From the NCBI GenBank assembly GCA_963727485.1, contig CAVSGM010000003.1, positions 32,001 through 96,000 on the forward strand: 64,000 nucleotides of DNA. Reading direction: 5' to 3'. Of this stretch, positions 29,695 to 42,285 are shown in pieces. The notes beneath the pieces were generated by a model. The model did no database searches and had not been told where the DNA came from. It saw only the letters and a program-made list of their open reading frames with translations. Both the position numbers and the translations under genes were made by a program. Origin of the DNA: an uncultured delta proteobacterium. GTDB lineage: Bacteria; Myxococcota; Myxococcia; SLRQ01. The first letter of the stretch is position 1; each line of letters begins with the position of its first letter.

Positions 29695-31153
29695 GGCGCG
29701 CGGTCACCCCGGGCCTCGTCGCCGGGCTCATCGCTGTCGCCCTCGCCTTTGCGCCCCGGTCCGCCCGGGCGGGGAAGGCGGGGGCGTCTCCGGCCCGGTG
29801 GCGGTGCTCCCCTTCAAGAACCTCAACCAGGATCCCAAGCTCGACTGGCTGTCCGTGGGCATCGCCGAGACCATGGTCTCCGACGTGAAGAAGAGCGGCG
29901 GGGTGCAGGTGGTCGAGCGCGACCAAATCGACAAGGCGCTCGCCCAGATCGCGCTCCAGGGCGAGGTGAAGCTGGCGCCGGCCACCGCGGTGAAGGTGGG
30001 CAAGCTCGTCGGCGCCAGGACCATCGTCCTCGGCGCCTACCAGGAGGCGGGCAACACCGTGCGCATCACCGCGCGCTTCGTCTCGGTGGAGACCGGGGTG
30101 GTGAACGACGCCGCCAAGGTCACCGGGCCGCTCACCCGCATCTTCCACCTCCAGGACGCCATCGTGGCCCGGCTCCTGGGGCGTCCCCATGGACACCGCT
30201 ACCACGCGCCGAAGCGAGAGAAGGGCAGCGCCCGGACGGTGAAGGCCTACCGGCTCTACGCCATGAGCCTCTCCGTGGCCTCCGACGCCCAGCGGGTCAC
30301 CTACCTGAAGCAGGCGGTGAAGGTGGACCCGCACTTCCACTACGCGGCCGACGCCCTCGCGGCCCTGCAGCGGCGGATGCAGGGGTACGCCGCCGCCGAC
30401 CTCGCGGCCCGGAAGCAGGCCGCGGCCACCCTCCGGGCCCGCCTCGGGCGGCCCGGGCTCGATCCCAGGGTCCGGGCCCAGGAGGCCTTCCAGCTCCTCA
30501 CCGCGAGCCTCGGCAGCCGCCGCTACCACCAGTTGAGCCACGACGCCGGCATCGTGCTCAGCCTTCGCTGGAAGCCGCAGCCGGGGGGGGTGGACGTCCA
30601 GGAGTACGCCGGCTTCTGTCGCTTCGAGGCCCACTACTTCCTGGGGGACTACGACCTGGCGTTGCAGTACGGCGAGCACTTCCTCAAGGCCTACCCCGGC
30701 GGCACCTACTACGGCGCGGTGGAGGGCCTGATGAACCAGATGATCGCCGAGAAGCGCAAGGTCGAGGAGGGCAAGGTGGCGCTGCGGGACGAGTACGCCA
30801 AGCTGGAGAAGAAGCGGGCCGACGCGGTCGCCAAGGCCCGGCGGCAGCACCAGGCGCCCAACCGCTACCTGATCCGGGGGCTCGACCTCCAGCGGTGCGA
30901 CAAGGCCATGTCCCTCGACCAGTGGCGGACGGCCGTCCACGAGTGCCAGGCGTTCATCGCGGCCCATGGGCACGACAGCGACGAGGGCGCCGTGAGCCTG
31001 GCGAACGTCGCCAGCTACGACGTGATCCAGGCCTACGTCCACCTGGGGAGGTTCGACGACGCCCGGCGACTGGCCAAGAAGCTGATCAAGCGTGCGCCCA
31101 AGTGGTCGCGAACCACGGGCATCGCCACCCAGATGGCCTACTGGCCCCGGTGA
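29691..31153 (+). CDS. Secreted CsgG/FlgO-like domain + TPR-like protein (frameshift ~29771-29797)
   Basis: GTG overlaps the upstream TGA; signal peptide ending SARA; VAVLPFKNL..VVERDQI..ARFVSVETG followed by TPR-like helices (FLKAYP..Y, AYVHLGRFDDARR). Confidence 0.8.
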
Positions 31154-31208
31154 CCGCGGCGGCGTCACCTTGACCTCCCCGGGCCCGGGCCGCTACCGTC
31201 CCGCGCCC

Positions 31209-32024
31209 ATGAAGGACCTCCAGGAGAAGATCGAAGCCGCCTACGCCGACAAGGCCCTCCTCGACGACCCCGAGTACGCCGAGGCGGTGCGGCAGGTCAT
31301 CGGCCACCTCGACCGGGGCGCGCTCCGGGTCGCCGAGAAGCAGGGCGACGCCTGGACGGTCAACGCCTGGGTGAAGGAGGCGATCCTCCTCTACTTCTCG
31401 CTCCAGCAGATGGAGACGGTGCAGGTCGGCGCCTACGAGTACCACGACAAGATCCCCCTGAAGACCGGGCTCGCCGAGCAGGGGGTGCGCCTGGTGCCCC
31501 CGGGGACCATCCGCTACGGGGCCCACTGCGAGCCCGGCGTCGTGGTCATGCCCGGCTACGTGAACATCGGCGCCTACGTCGCCACCGGGACCATGGTCGA
31601 CACCTGGGCCACCGTGGGCAGCTGCGCCCAGATCGGCAAGGGCGTGCACCTCTCCGGGGGCGTCGGGATCGGCGGGGTGCTCGAGCCGCCGGGGGCCTCG
31701 CCGGTGATCATCGAGGACGGGGCCTTCATCGGCTCGCGGTGCATCGTGGTCGAGGGCGTGGTCGTGGAAGCGGGCGCGGTGCTGGGCGCGGGGACGGTGC
31801 TCACCGCCTCCACGCCCATCATCGACGTGCGCGGCACCGAGGAGAAGGTGGTCAAGGGCCGGGTGCCGGCGCGGGCGGTGGTGGTGCCGGGGAGCCGGCC
31901 CAAGGCGTTCCCCGCGGGGACCTACCACATGCCCTGCGCCCTCATCATCGGCGAGCGCTCCGAGAAGACCGACAAGAAGACCTCGCTGAACGCGGTGCTC
32001 CGGGAGTTCGGCGTCGAGGCCTAG
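31209..32024 (+). CDS. dapD: Tetrahydrodipicolinate N-succinyltransferase
   Basis: RVAEK..WTVNAWVKEAILLYF, DKIPLK, YVNIGAYV, MVDTWATVGSCAQIG, GIGGVLEP. Confidence 0.95.
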   Translation: MKDLQEKIEAAYADKALLDDPEYAEAVRQVIGHLDRGALRVAEKQGDAWTVNAWVKEAILLYFSLQQMETVQVGAYEYHDKIPLKTGLAEQGVRLVPPGTIRYGAHCEPGVVVMPGYVNIGAYVATGTMVDTWATVGSCAQIGKGVHLSGGVGIGGVLEPPGASPVIIEDGAFIGSRCIVVEGVVVEAGAVLGAGTVLTASTPIIDVRGTEEKVVKGRVPARAVVVPGSRPKAFPAGTYHMPCALIIGERSEKTDKKTSLNAVLREFGVEA

Positions 32025-32063
32025 GCGGCGGCGCCGGGGTCCGATCGCGGGCGCGCGCGGGCC

Positions 32064-32540
32064 TCACTCGAGGTAGCGGTGCGCACCGGCGACGTCCCGG
32101 CCGGTGACGGTCAGCCGGCCGAGGACGATGGGCAGGGAGAAGCGCCTCGGCCCGCAGCTGCCGGGGTTGAAGTAGAGCACCCCGTCCTCGGTCTCCATCC
32201 GCGGCTGGTGCGAGTGGCCGCAGACCACCACGTCGACGCCCTCGGCCGCCGGGTCGATCTCCAGGGCCTTCACGTCGTGGATGAGGTAGAGGCGCACCTC
32301 GCCGACCTCCACCACCCGGGTGTCCGGGAGGCCTTCGGCCCAGGGCGATCCCACGTCGACGTTGCCCCGGATGGCGTGCACCGGGGCGATGGCGCCCAGG
32401 GCCTCGAGGACCTCGGGCCCGCCGACGTCACCGGCGTGGACGATGAGGTCGACGCCGGCCAGCGCCTCGAGGGCCTGGGGGCGGACCAGGCCGTGGGTGT
32501 CGGAGACCACGCCGACGGTGACGGTGGGGGGCTTCGTCAT
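32064..32540 (-). CDS. YfcE/MJ0936-type metallophosphoesterase
   Basis: SDTHG, HAGDV, RGNVD, GHSH, NPGS. Confidence 0.9.
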   Translation of the reverse strand: MTKPPTVTVGVVSDTHGLVRPQALEALAGVDLIVHAGDVGGPEVLEALGAIAPVHAIRGNVDVGSPWAEGLPDTRVVEVGEVRLYLIHDVKALEIDPAAEGVDVVVCGHSHQPRMETEDGVLYFNPGSCGPRRFSLPIVLGRLTVTGRDVAGAHRYLE

Positions 32541-32705
32541 GGGGCGTGCCGATGATGCCAGGGTGGTGCACCCGATGCACGATCCCCGAGGCCCGGTCGC
32601 GATCCTTGGCGCGGCGAGGGAGGGGCTTCCCGGCGGCGGCCGGGGTGCGAGGTGGCCCCGGGCGAGGCACGCGTCTTGCGTTCTACCGGTGCCGGGAGGT
32701 GCGTC

Positions 32706-33525
32706 ATGCGCCGGTATCTCGTCCCCGCCCTCGTGCTCGCCGCCGTCCTCATGGGGTGTGGCCCGGTGGTGGTCGCCACCGAGACCCGCACCCGCACCGT
32801 GGCCCCGGTCTGGAACTCGGCCCTGGTGGTGCGCACCGACAACGGCGCCATCGACCTCACCGCCAACCCCGGCGAGACCTCGGTGCGCATCCAGGCGACC
32901 CTGGCCTGCGGCGGCCGCAGCACCGCCGAGGCCCAGGACCGCCTCGCCCGCGCCACCCTCACCGCCGTCCGTGACGCGGTGAACACCCTCACCGTCGCCG
33001 CCCGCTGCCCCGACCCGCCCCGGGCCGGGGACGGCGCCGACGTGAGCGTGCGCCTCCCCATCGTCTTCGGCGCCGATTCTTGCGACCTCCAACGGGCCGG
33101 TGGACGTCACCGGCACCGGCGGCCTGCTCACCGTGCGCACCTCCAACGGCGCGGTGTCGGTGGCCGGTCACGACGGCCCCGGGGACCTCGACACCTCGAA
33201 CGGCGCCATCACCGTGCAGCAGCAGCGCGGGCGCCTCCTGGCCCACACCAGCAACGGGCCCATCGACGTGGCGCTCACCGACGACGCCAGCGGGGCCCTC
33301 ACCCTCGACACCAGCAACGGGCGCATCGACGCCAGCGTGGGCCCGGCGTTCGCCGGGCGGGTGACCTTCGACACCTCCAACGGGTCGATCGTGGTGAGCG
33401 ATCCCTTCGGTCGGGTCACCGAGTCGAGCCTGGGATCGACCGCCGGCTACGTGATCGTCGACACCGGGGGCACCACCAGCCGGCTGACCACCAGCAACGG
33501 CAGCATCCGGCTCTCGATCCGCTAG
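32706..33525 (+). CDS. DUF4097/adhesin-like beta-strand repeat lipoprotein (extra T at ~33077)
   Basis: LMGC lipobox; repeated TSNG motifs; GGGAGG RBS. Confidence 0.8.
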
Positions 33526-33558
33526 CCCCGGCGGCGTAGACTGTCCCGAGGAGGTGGG

Positions 33559-33969
33559 ATGGTCGACGAGGCGAAGAGACAGGCACTGATCCAGGCGCTG
33601 GCCCACGCGCCCGAGCCCCAGATGGTCCCCGTCGGGACCTTCTTCGACGGCAACGACGATCAGGGCTCCATCGGCTGCAACCTGAATCCGCACCCGGGCA
33701 TCGACACCTTCCGGCGGATCCTCACCGAGCTCACCGCCCGGGACGACGTGACCGCGGTCTACGCCTCCATCTCCGAGCTCGACCCGGGCTTCGGGTCCTG
33801 GCCCTTCACCGACGTGGTGGTGGTCGTGGGCAGTATCGCCCCGTCGGTCCTGGCGGGCCTGCTGGCGCCCCTTCAGCCCGATGAGGTCCTCGCCGGCGAG
33901 GAGCTCCACCTGCCCGGGGCGTTCCTCGCCGCCCAGACGGAGCCCGTCCTCGGCGCCTGGTGGGACTGA
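33559..33969 (+). CDS. Hypothetical protein
   Basis: GAGGAGG RBS, TAGACT box upstream, coding-like codon use; ends in WWD. Confidence 0.7.
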   Translation: MVDEAKRQALIQALAHAPEPQMVPVGTFFDGNDDQGSIGCNLNPHPGIDTFRRILTELTARDDVTAVYASISELDPGFGSWPFTDVVVVVGSIAPSVLAGLLAPLQPDEVLAGEELHLPGAFLAAQTEPVLGAWWD

Positions 33970-33981
33970 CGGCGCCGGCCG

Positions 33982-35382
33982 CTACTTCGTGAGCCCGGCG
34001 AGCTCGTCGTAGAGCCACACCGCGCTGCGGGTGCCCTTCTTCCAGTCGTCGAGGTTGAGGGACTCGTTCTCCCCGTGGGCGTTGCACGGGGGATCCTCGA
34101 CGCCCATCAAGAGCGCCGGCACCCCGCCCAGCACCCGGGCGAAGGGATCGACGAAGGGGATGGAGCCCCCGCAGCCGATGTAGACCGCCTCGGTGTCGAA
34201 GCCCCGGGCCAGCGCCCGGCGGGCGGCGGCGAAGGCGGGGTGCGTGGTGTCGGTGATCCACCAGGTGGCCGTCGAGCCCCGGTCGATGTCGACCTTCAGG
34301 CCCCAGGGCACGTGGGTCTCGAAGTGCCTGGCCACCGCGTCCTGGACCTTCACCGGGTCCTGGTCGGGGACGAGCCGCAGGGAGATCCGCGCCCGGGCGC
34401 TCTCGATGATCTGGTTCGAGGAGCCCTCGAAGGGCCGCGCCTCCAGGGCGATGACCGCCACCGCCGGCTGGCGGAAGATCCGGCCCCACACCGGCATCTT
34501 TGGGTCGCCGGTGAGGGTCGCGCCCTCGACCAGCTGCACGTCCTTGCGGAACTGCGCCTCGTCGAAGGGCAGGGCGTCGAGCTCGGTGCGCTCGTCGGCG
34601 GTGAGCGCCCGCACGTCGTCGAAGACCCCGTCGATGGCGAGCTTGCCGTCGGCGTCGACCATCTCCCCGATGGCGCGGCACAGGGCGATGACCGGGTCGG
34701 GGACCGGGCCGCCGAACATCCCGCTGTGGATGGGGTGGTCGAGGCTGGTGACGGTGACGTCGAGGGCGGCGAGCCCCCGGAGGCTGGTGGTCAAAGACGG
34801 CAGCCCCGCCTCGAGGTTGGCGGTGTCGGTGAGGACGATGACGTCGGCGGCGAGCTTGTCCTGGTAGGTCTCCAGGAAGGCCTCGAGGCTCTGGGAGCCG
34901 GCCTCCTCCTCGCCCTCGACGATGAACTTCACGTTCACCGGGAGGGTGCCCGCGGCCTTCAGCCAGGCGTCGATGGCGGCCAGGTGCATCATCACCCCGG
35001 CCTTGTCGTCGACGGCGCCGCGGCCGTAGAGGCGGCCGTCGGCGCGCAGGGTGGGCTCGAAGGCCGGGGTCTTCCACTTCTCCGGGCGCCCCGGGGGCTG
35101 GACGTCGTGGTGGCCGTAGAGGAGCACCGTGGGCGCGCCGTCTGCGTGGAGCCACTCGCCGTAGGCGTAGGGGTGGCCGCCGGGGAAGGCGATGACCTCG
35201 CAGCGCTCGAGGCCCACCTGCTCCATCACCTGCTTCACCGCCACCGCGCTCCGGGCGACCTCGGCGTCCGGGGGCGGATTGGCGGAGACCCCGGGGATGC
35301 GCACCAGGGTCTCGAGGTCGCGCTGGTAGTCGTCGAAGTGGGCGTCGAGGTGGGCGAGGGCGGCATGGATGGCGTCGGACAT
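33982..35382 (-). CDS. M20 family metallo-dipeptidase
   Basis: YGHHDVQP, GRGAVDDK, EGEEEAGS, HSGMFGG, GGSIP, NAHGENE. Confidence 0.9.
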   Translation of the reverse strand: MSDAIHAALAHLDAHFDDYQRDLETLVRIPGVSANPPPDAEVARSAVAVKQVMEQVGLERCEVIAFPGGHPYAYGEWLHADGAPTVLLYGHHDVQPPGRPEKWKTPAFEPTLRADGRLYGRGAVDDKAGVMMHLAAIDAWLKAAGTLPVNVKFIVEGEEEAGSQSLEAFLETYQDKLAADVIVLTDTANLEAGLPSLTTSLRGLAALDVTVTSLDHPIHSGMFGGPVPDPVIALCRAIGEMVDADGKLAIDGVFDDVRALTADERTELDALPFDEAQFRKDVQLVEGATLTGDPKMPVWGRIFRQPAVAVIALEARPFEGSSNQIIESARARISLRLVPDQDPVKVQDAVARHFETHVPWGLKVDIDRGSTATWWITDTTHPAFAAARRALARGFDTEAVYIGCGGSIPFVDPFARVLGGVPALLMGVEDPPCNAHGENESLNLDDWKKGTRSAVWLYDELAGLTK

Positions 35383-35458
35383 GGCCCCGATCTGCCACGA
35401 ATCGGAACAGAGTGCACGGGTCGCGGCGCCGCCGCCGGCGTGCTATCGGATCGGCCCC

Positions 35459-36520
35459 ATGGAGCTCACCGACCGCCTCGCCGATCTCACCCTCGACCTG
35501 TGCCGCATCGACAGCGTCTACGGCCACGAGGGGCCGCTCGCCGACCACATGACCGACCTGGGCCAGGGCCCACTTCCCCGAGGGCCAGGTGCGCCGGGTG
35601 GGCAACGCCCTGGTGGCCGGGGACCTCTCGGCCACCGGCAAGCCGGTGGTGGCCCTGGTGGGCCACCTGGACACGGTGCCCGGCCACGAGGACGACGCGC
35701 CGGCGCGCCGGGAGGGCGACCTCGTCTACGGCCTCGGGGCCAGCGACATGAAGGGCGGGGTGGCGGTGGCCATGGCGCTCGCCGAGGACCTCGATCTCGC
35801 GGCGCTCCCGGTGACCGTGTGGCTCATCTTCTACGACAAGGAGGAGGGCCCCCACGAGGACAGCGGGCTGGGGCCCCTGATGGCCCAGGTCCCCGAGCTC
35901 TCCCGCATCGACCTCGCCATCGTCATGGAGCCCACCGACGACGTGGTGCAGGTGGGGTGCGTGGGCTCGGTCCACGCGACGATCACCTTCCAGGGCCGGC
36001 GGGCCCACGCGGCGCGGCCCTGGCACGGGGAGAACGCCATCACCAAGGCCGGCAGGCTCCTCGCCGAGCTCCACACCCGGGCGCCCAAGGAGGTCGAGGT
36101 CGGCGGCCACGTGTTCCGGGAGGTGATGACGGTGACCACCTGCGAGGGTGGCCGCTACCGCAACGTGGTCCCCGACCGGATGGCCCTCAATCTCAACTAC
36201 CGCTTCGCCCCCGGGCGCACGGTGGACGAGGCGCGCGCCGACGTGGAGGCGCTGGTCGGAGGCGAGGCCACCATCGCGTACGTGGACCTGGCGCCCGAGC
36301 GGCACGGTCCCCGCCGGGAGCCCCCTCTACGAGAAGCTCCTCGCCGTCACCGGTCTTTCCGTCGAGCCCAAGCAGGCGTGGACCGACGTGGCGCGGCTGG
36401 CCGAGGCGGGGATCGACGCGGTGAACCTGGGGCCGGGGCTCACCGCCCAGGCGCACCAGCAAGGCGAGCACTGCGAGGCCCCGCGGCTCACCGAGTGCTA
36501 CCAGGCCCTGGCGCGCTTCC

Positions 36521-36534
<14 letters not shown>
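35459..36534 (+). CDS. dapE: Succinyl-diaminopimelate desuccinylase (frameshifts ~35553 and ~36295)
   Basis: [55 protein letters not shown]; near dapD. Confidence 0.85.
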
Positions 36535-37410
<876 letters not shown>

Positions 37411-37414
<4 letters not shown>

Positions 37415-37734
37415 GCCGTCAGCCCCGCGACCAGCTGCTGGAGCTGGCGCACCGCCGCGGGCTCCACGCAGTAGCACACCCGGGGGCCGGCGATCTCCCC
37501 GCGGACGAGGCCCGCCTCCTTGAGCTTCTTGAGGTGCTGGGAGACGGTGGACTGGGCCAGCGGCAGCGCGTCGACGATCTCCCCGCAGACGCAGGCGTCC
37601 CGGCCCAGGAGCAGCCGGAGGATGGCGACCCGGGCGGGGTGGCCCAGGGCCTTGGCGAGGCTCGCCAGGGTGTCGTTGGCCGCGGCCTCGTCGGCGGGGG
37701 GAGGCGTGGGGGCGGTGGCGTCGCAGCAGCTCAT
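37411..37734 (-). CDS. arsR: ArsR/SmtB family metalloregulator
   Basis: [43 protein letters not shown]-terminal CC; ATGA overlap with arsC. Confidence 0.9.
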
Positions 37735-37761
37735 GGGGTGGGCTCCCGGGGGTTCATCGGT

Positions 37762-37779
37762 AATCGTAGATATACGATT
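37762..37779. promoter_or_regulatory. Putative ArsR operator, AATCGTA-N4-TACGATT
   Basis: Perfect 7-bp inverted repeat, AT-rich, 28-45 nt upstream of arsR; overlaps a TACGAT -10-like hexamer. Confidence 0.7.
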
Positions 37780-37824
37780 TGACGGGCCCCGCCACAACTG
37801 GGGAGATGCCACCGCGCCGCGCGC

Positions 37825-38120
37825 CTAGTGCTTGAAGCCCACCGGCGGCGGGGCCACGCCCATGTCCACCACCCCGTGCTGGGCCTCGTACTTGGCGAGG
37901 TTCTCCTGCATCGCCGCCACCAGGCGCTTCATGTGCCTGGGCGAGGTGATGACCCGGCTGCGCACCGAGGCCTGGGGGGCCTGGGGCTGGACCCAGATGA
38001 AGTCGAGGATGAACTCGGCGTCGGTGTGGTCGACCATGGCCATGTTGGCGTAGACGCCCTGGGCCATCTCCTCGTCGAGCTTGATCTGGATCTGGACCTG
38101 GCCCTGCTGCTTGTCGTCGC

Positions 38121-38124
<4 letters not shown>
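37825..38124 (-). CDS. DUF3467 family protein
   Basis: GVYANMAMVDHTDAEFILDF..VRSRVITSPRHMKRL; ATGA overlap with the glpK stop. Confidence 0.85.
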
Positions 38125-39602
<1,478 letters not shown>

Positions 39603-39700
39603 GAACGCCCTCCTCAAGCGGGCTCGCGGCGAGGGGCCGCGCGCCTTCGTGGGGCGAACCTAGCGCAGATCCCGGCGGGCGTCAGGGGCCGCGCCGTCCG

Positions 39701-40093
39701 TCAGGCCGCGCCGCCGCCCTCGGCCAGCCGGCTGGCGACGAGCTCCTCGATGAACTTGCGGCTCTCGTCGTCGAAGCTCTCGAACTCGATGCCCATCCCC
39801 GCCTCGCCCGCGCCCCCGGCCTCGTTCACGTGGACCACGCGCCCGAGCCCCTCGATGAGGCTGCTGCCATCCTTGAGGGCGAACTGCAGGTAGATTCGCG
39901 AGCCCACCGGCCGGGGGTCCTTGGTCCGGATGAACATCCCCCCGAGGCTGATGTCGGCGCTGTACTCCGACATGAAGTCCTCGAAGGTGTCGAGGCGGTA
40001 CTGCACCAGAAGCGAGAGCCGGGCCCGGGGGTGCCGGCGCTGGTCGGATCCGCCAGCCTCGCTCGCGGGGGGGTCGGTCTCGGTGTGGCCCAT
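39701..40093 (-). CDS. PilZ domain protein (TIGR02266-like)
   Basis: QRRHPR and DISLGG c-di-GMP motifs, GMGIEF. Confidence 0.88.
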   Translation of the reverse strand: MGHTETDPPASEAGGSDQRRHPRARLSLLVQYRLDTFEDFMSEYSADISLGGMFIRTKDPRPVGSRIYLQFALKDGSSLIEGLGRVVHVNEAGGAGEAGMGIEFESFDDESRKFIEELVASRLAEGGGAA

Positions 40094-40148
40094 GGGAACC
40101 AAGAGCCTAGGCCTCCCACGGCCATGGGATCAATCCCCGAGCGGCGGA

Positions 40149-41525
40149 TCACGCGTCCGCGAGCGTCGCCTCCAGGGCCTCCTCCAGGGTCTTCACCCCG
40201 CGGACCAGGATTGGCGCCTCGCCCACCAGCCGCGCCCGGTTGCCCTCGGGGACCACCGCCACGGTGAAGCCCATCTTGGCGGCCTCGGCGAGGCGCGCCT
40301 CGACCTGGCTCACCGCCCGCACCTCCCCGGCGAGGCCCACCTCGCCGAGCACCACGATGCCGGGGTCCACCGGGCGGTTCCGCAGGCTGGAGAGCACCGC
40401 CACCGCCACCGGGAGATCCGCCGCCGGCTCCTCGAGGGCGAGGCCCCCGGCGACGTTCACGAAGATGTCCTGGTCGAACAACGTCAGCCCCAGGCGCTTC
40501 TCGAGCACCGCCGCCAGCAGCGACAGGCGCGTCCCCTCGACGCCGATGGCCGTCCGCCTGGCCGAGCCGCCGCTGACCCCCTGGGTCACCAGCGCCTGGA
40601 TCTCCACCAGCACCGGCCGCGACCCGCTCACCGACGCCGCCACCACCGACCCCGAGGCCTTCTCCGGCCGCTCGGCGAGGAAGATCGCCGAGGGGTCCGG
40701 GACCTCGACCAGGCCCGCCTTCTGCATCTCGAACACGCCGATCTCGGCCACCGACCCGAAGCGGTTCTTGTGGGCCCGGAGCACCCGGTAGGCGTGGGAC
40801 CGGTCGCCCTCGAAGTAGAGGACCGTGTCGACCATGTGCTCGAGCACCCGGGGCCCGGCGATGGACCCCTCCTTGGTGACGTGGCCCACCAGGAAGGTGG
40901 GCGTCCCGGTGCGCTTGGCGAAGCCGAGGAGCAGGCCGGTGAGCTCGCGGACCTGCACCACCGAGCCCGGCGCCGAGCCCACCTCGGGGACGTGGAGGGT
41001 CTGGATGGAGTCGATGACGAGCGCCGCGGGCTTCATCTTGCCGGCCTCGGCCAGCACCCGGTCGCCGTCGGTCTCGGCGAGCAGATGCAGGGCCTCGGCG
41101 TCGATGCCGAGCCGCCCGGCGCGCAGGCGGATCTGCGCCAGGCTCTCCTCACCGCTCACGTAGAGCACCGGCCCCAGGCCGCAGAGGCGCGCGGCGGCCA
41201 TGAGCATCAGGGTGGACTTGCCGATCCCCGGATCGCCGCCGATGAGCACCAGGGACCCGGGCACCACCCCGCCCCCCAGCACCCGGTCGAGCTCGGCGAT
41301 GCCCGTGGGCCGCCTCGGCGCGTCGTCGGTGCCCACCTCGCGCAGCGGCACCGGCCGGCCGCCCACCCCCGGGGTCCGCCGGGCCCGGGCCGCCGACGCC
41401 GGGGGCGCCACCGTCTCCTCGACCAGCGTGCTCCAGCCCCCGCACCCCGGGCACTTGCCCAGCCACTTCGCCTCGCTGTGCCCGCACTCGGTGCAGGTGA
41501 ATACCTGCCGCGCCTTCTTCGTCAT
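40149..41525 (-). CDS. radA: DNA repair protein RadA/Sms
   Basis: CTECG..KCPGC zinc finger, GDPGIGKST, IDSIQT, KNRFG. Confidence 0.97.
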   Translation of the reverse strand: MTKKARQVFTCTECGHSEAKWLGKCPGCGGWSTLVEETVAPPASAARARRTPGVGGRPVPLREVGTDDAPRRPTGIAELDRVLGGGVVPGSLVLIGGDPGIGKSTLMLMAAARLCGLGPVLYVSGEESLAQIRLRAGRLGIDAEALHLLAETDGDRVLAEAGKMKPAALVIDSIQTLHVPEVGSAPGSVVQVRELTGLLLGFAKRTGTPTFLVGHVTKEGSIAGPRVLEHMVDTVLYFEGDRSHAYRVLRAHKNRFGSVAEIGVFEMQKAGLVEVPDPSAIFLAERPEKASGSVVAASVSGSRPVLVEIQALVTQGVSGGSARRTAIGVEGTRLSLLAAVLEKRLGLTLFDQDIFVNVAGGLALEEPAADLPVAVAVLSSLRNRPVDPGIVVLGEVGLAGEVRAVSQVEARLAEAAKMGFTVAVVPEGNRARLVGEAPILVRGVKTLEEALEATLADA

Positions 41526-41598
41526 GGTCCGGCAACCTAACACCGGGGGGCGACAGGCGGGGCGCCTCCGATATGATGTCCCCAACCTGGGAGGACCC

Positions 41599-42285
41599 AT
41601 GCGTGCCCGCCTCGTCGTCGCCCTCGCCGTCATCGCCACCGCCGCCGGCTGCTACCACAACCCGCTCCCCGACTACGCCCCGCGCATCCGCTCCATGACC
41701 GTGCGCATCGCCGTCCCCCAGCGGCCCTACGTGCAGGTGGACGCCGGGGTCCACCACGGGGGCCTCCTCGGCGCCGCGGAGATGGTGGCCACCGGGGTCT
41801 CGGTGGGGGTCACCGCCGGGGTGCGCACCAAGCTCCTCGCCGCCGTCCCCGCCAAGCGGGTCCAGGGCGCGGTGGAGCAGGCCTTCCACGGGCCGATGGC
41901 CGGGAGCCTGCCGTTCCCCATCGCCAAGGGGCCCGGCGACCAGCCCACCGCCCGCCTCGAGGTCACCGTCACCGGCTACGGCATCTACGCCGGCGACAAC
42001 GGGGCCGACGCGGTCTACACCTTCTACACCCACGCAAGGCTCATCTACCTCCCCGAGGCCAAGATCCTCTGGGAGGACGGCACCCGCGCCCAGGTGCCGG
42101 TGACCTGGGATCCCGGGACCGACACCACCATCCCCACCACGAGCCGCACCGGCGCCCAGGTGGCGAACCTCGCCGTCCTCGGGAGCGTGGACCAGAAGCG
42201 CCTGCAGAAGGTCTTCGACGTCCTCGCCCACGACGCCGCCCAGGTCCTCGTCCGGGACCTCGGCGGCGCCTCGGCTCGCCATTGA
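41599..42285 (+). CDS. Lipoprotein, unknown function
   Basis: AAGC lipobox; GGAGGA RBS; TATGAT upstream. Confidence 0.75.
   Translation: MRARLVVALAVIATAAGCYHNPLPDYAPRIRSMTVRIAVPQRPYVQVDAGVHHGGLLGAAEMVATGVSVGVTAGVRTKLLAAVPAKRVQGAVEQAFHGPMAGSLPFPIAKGPGDQPTARLEVTVTGYGIYAGDNGADAVYTFYTHARLIYLPEAKILWEDGTRAQVPVTWDPGTDTTIPTTSRTGAQVANLAVLGSVDQKRLQKVFDVLAHDAAQVLVRDLGGASARH

Noticed and set aside
27259..31153. Assignment to CBASS, Pycsar, gasdermin or Craspase defence systems
   Set aside because: No CD-NTase, cyclic-nucleotide-binding effector, gasdermin or Cas genes nearby; the cyclase has ATP-type specificity residues
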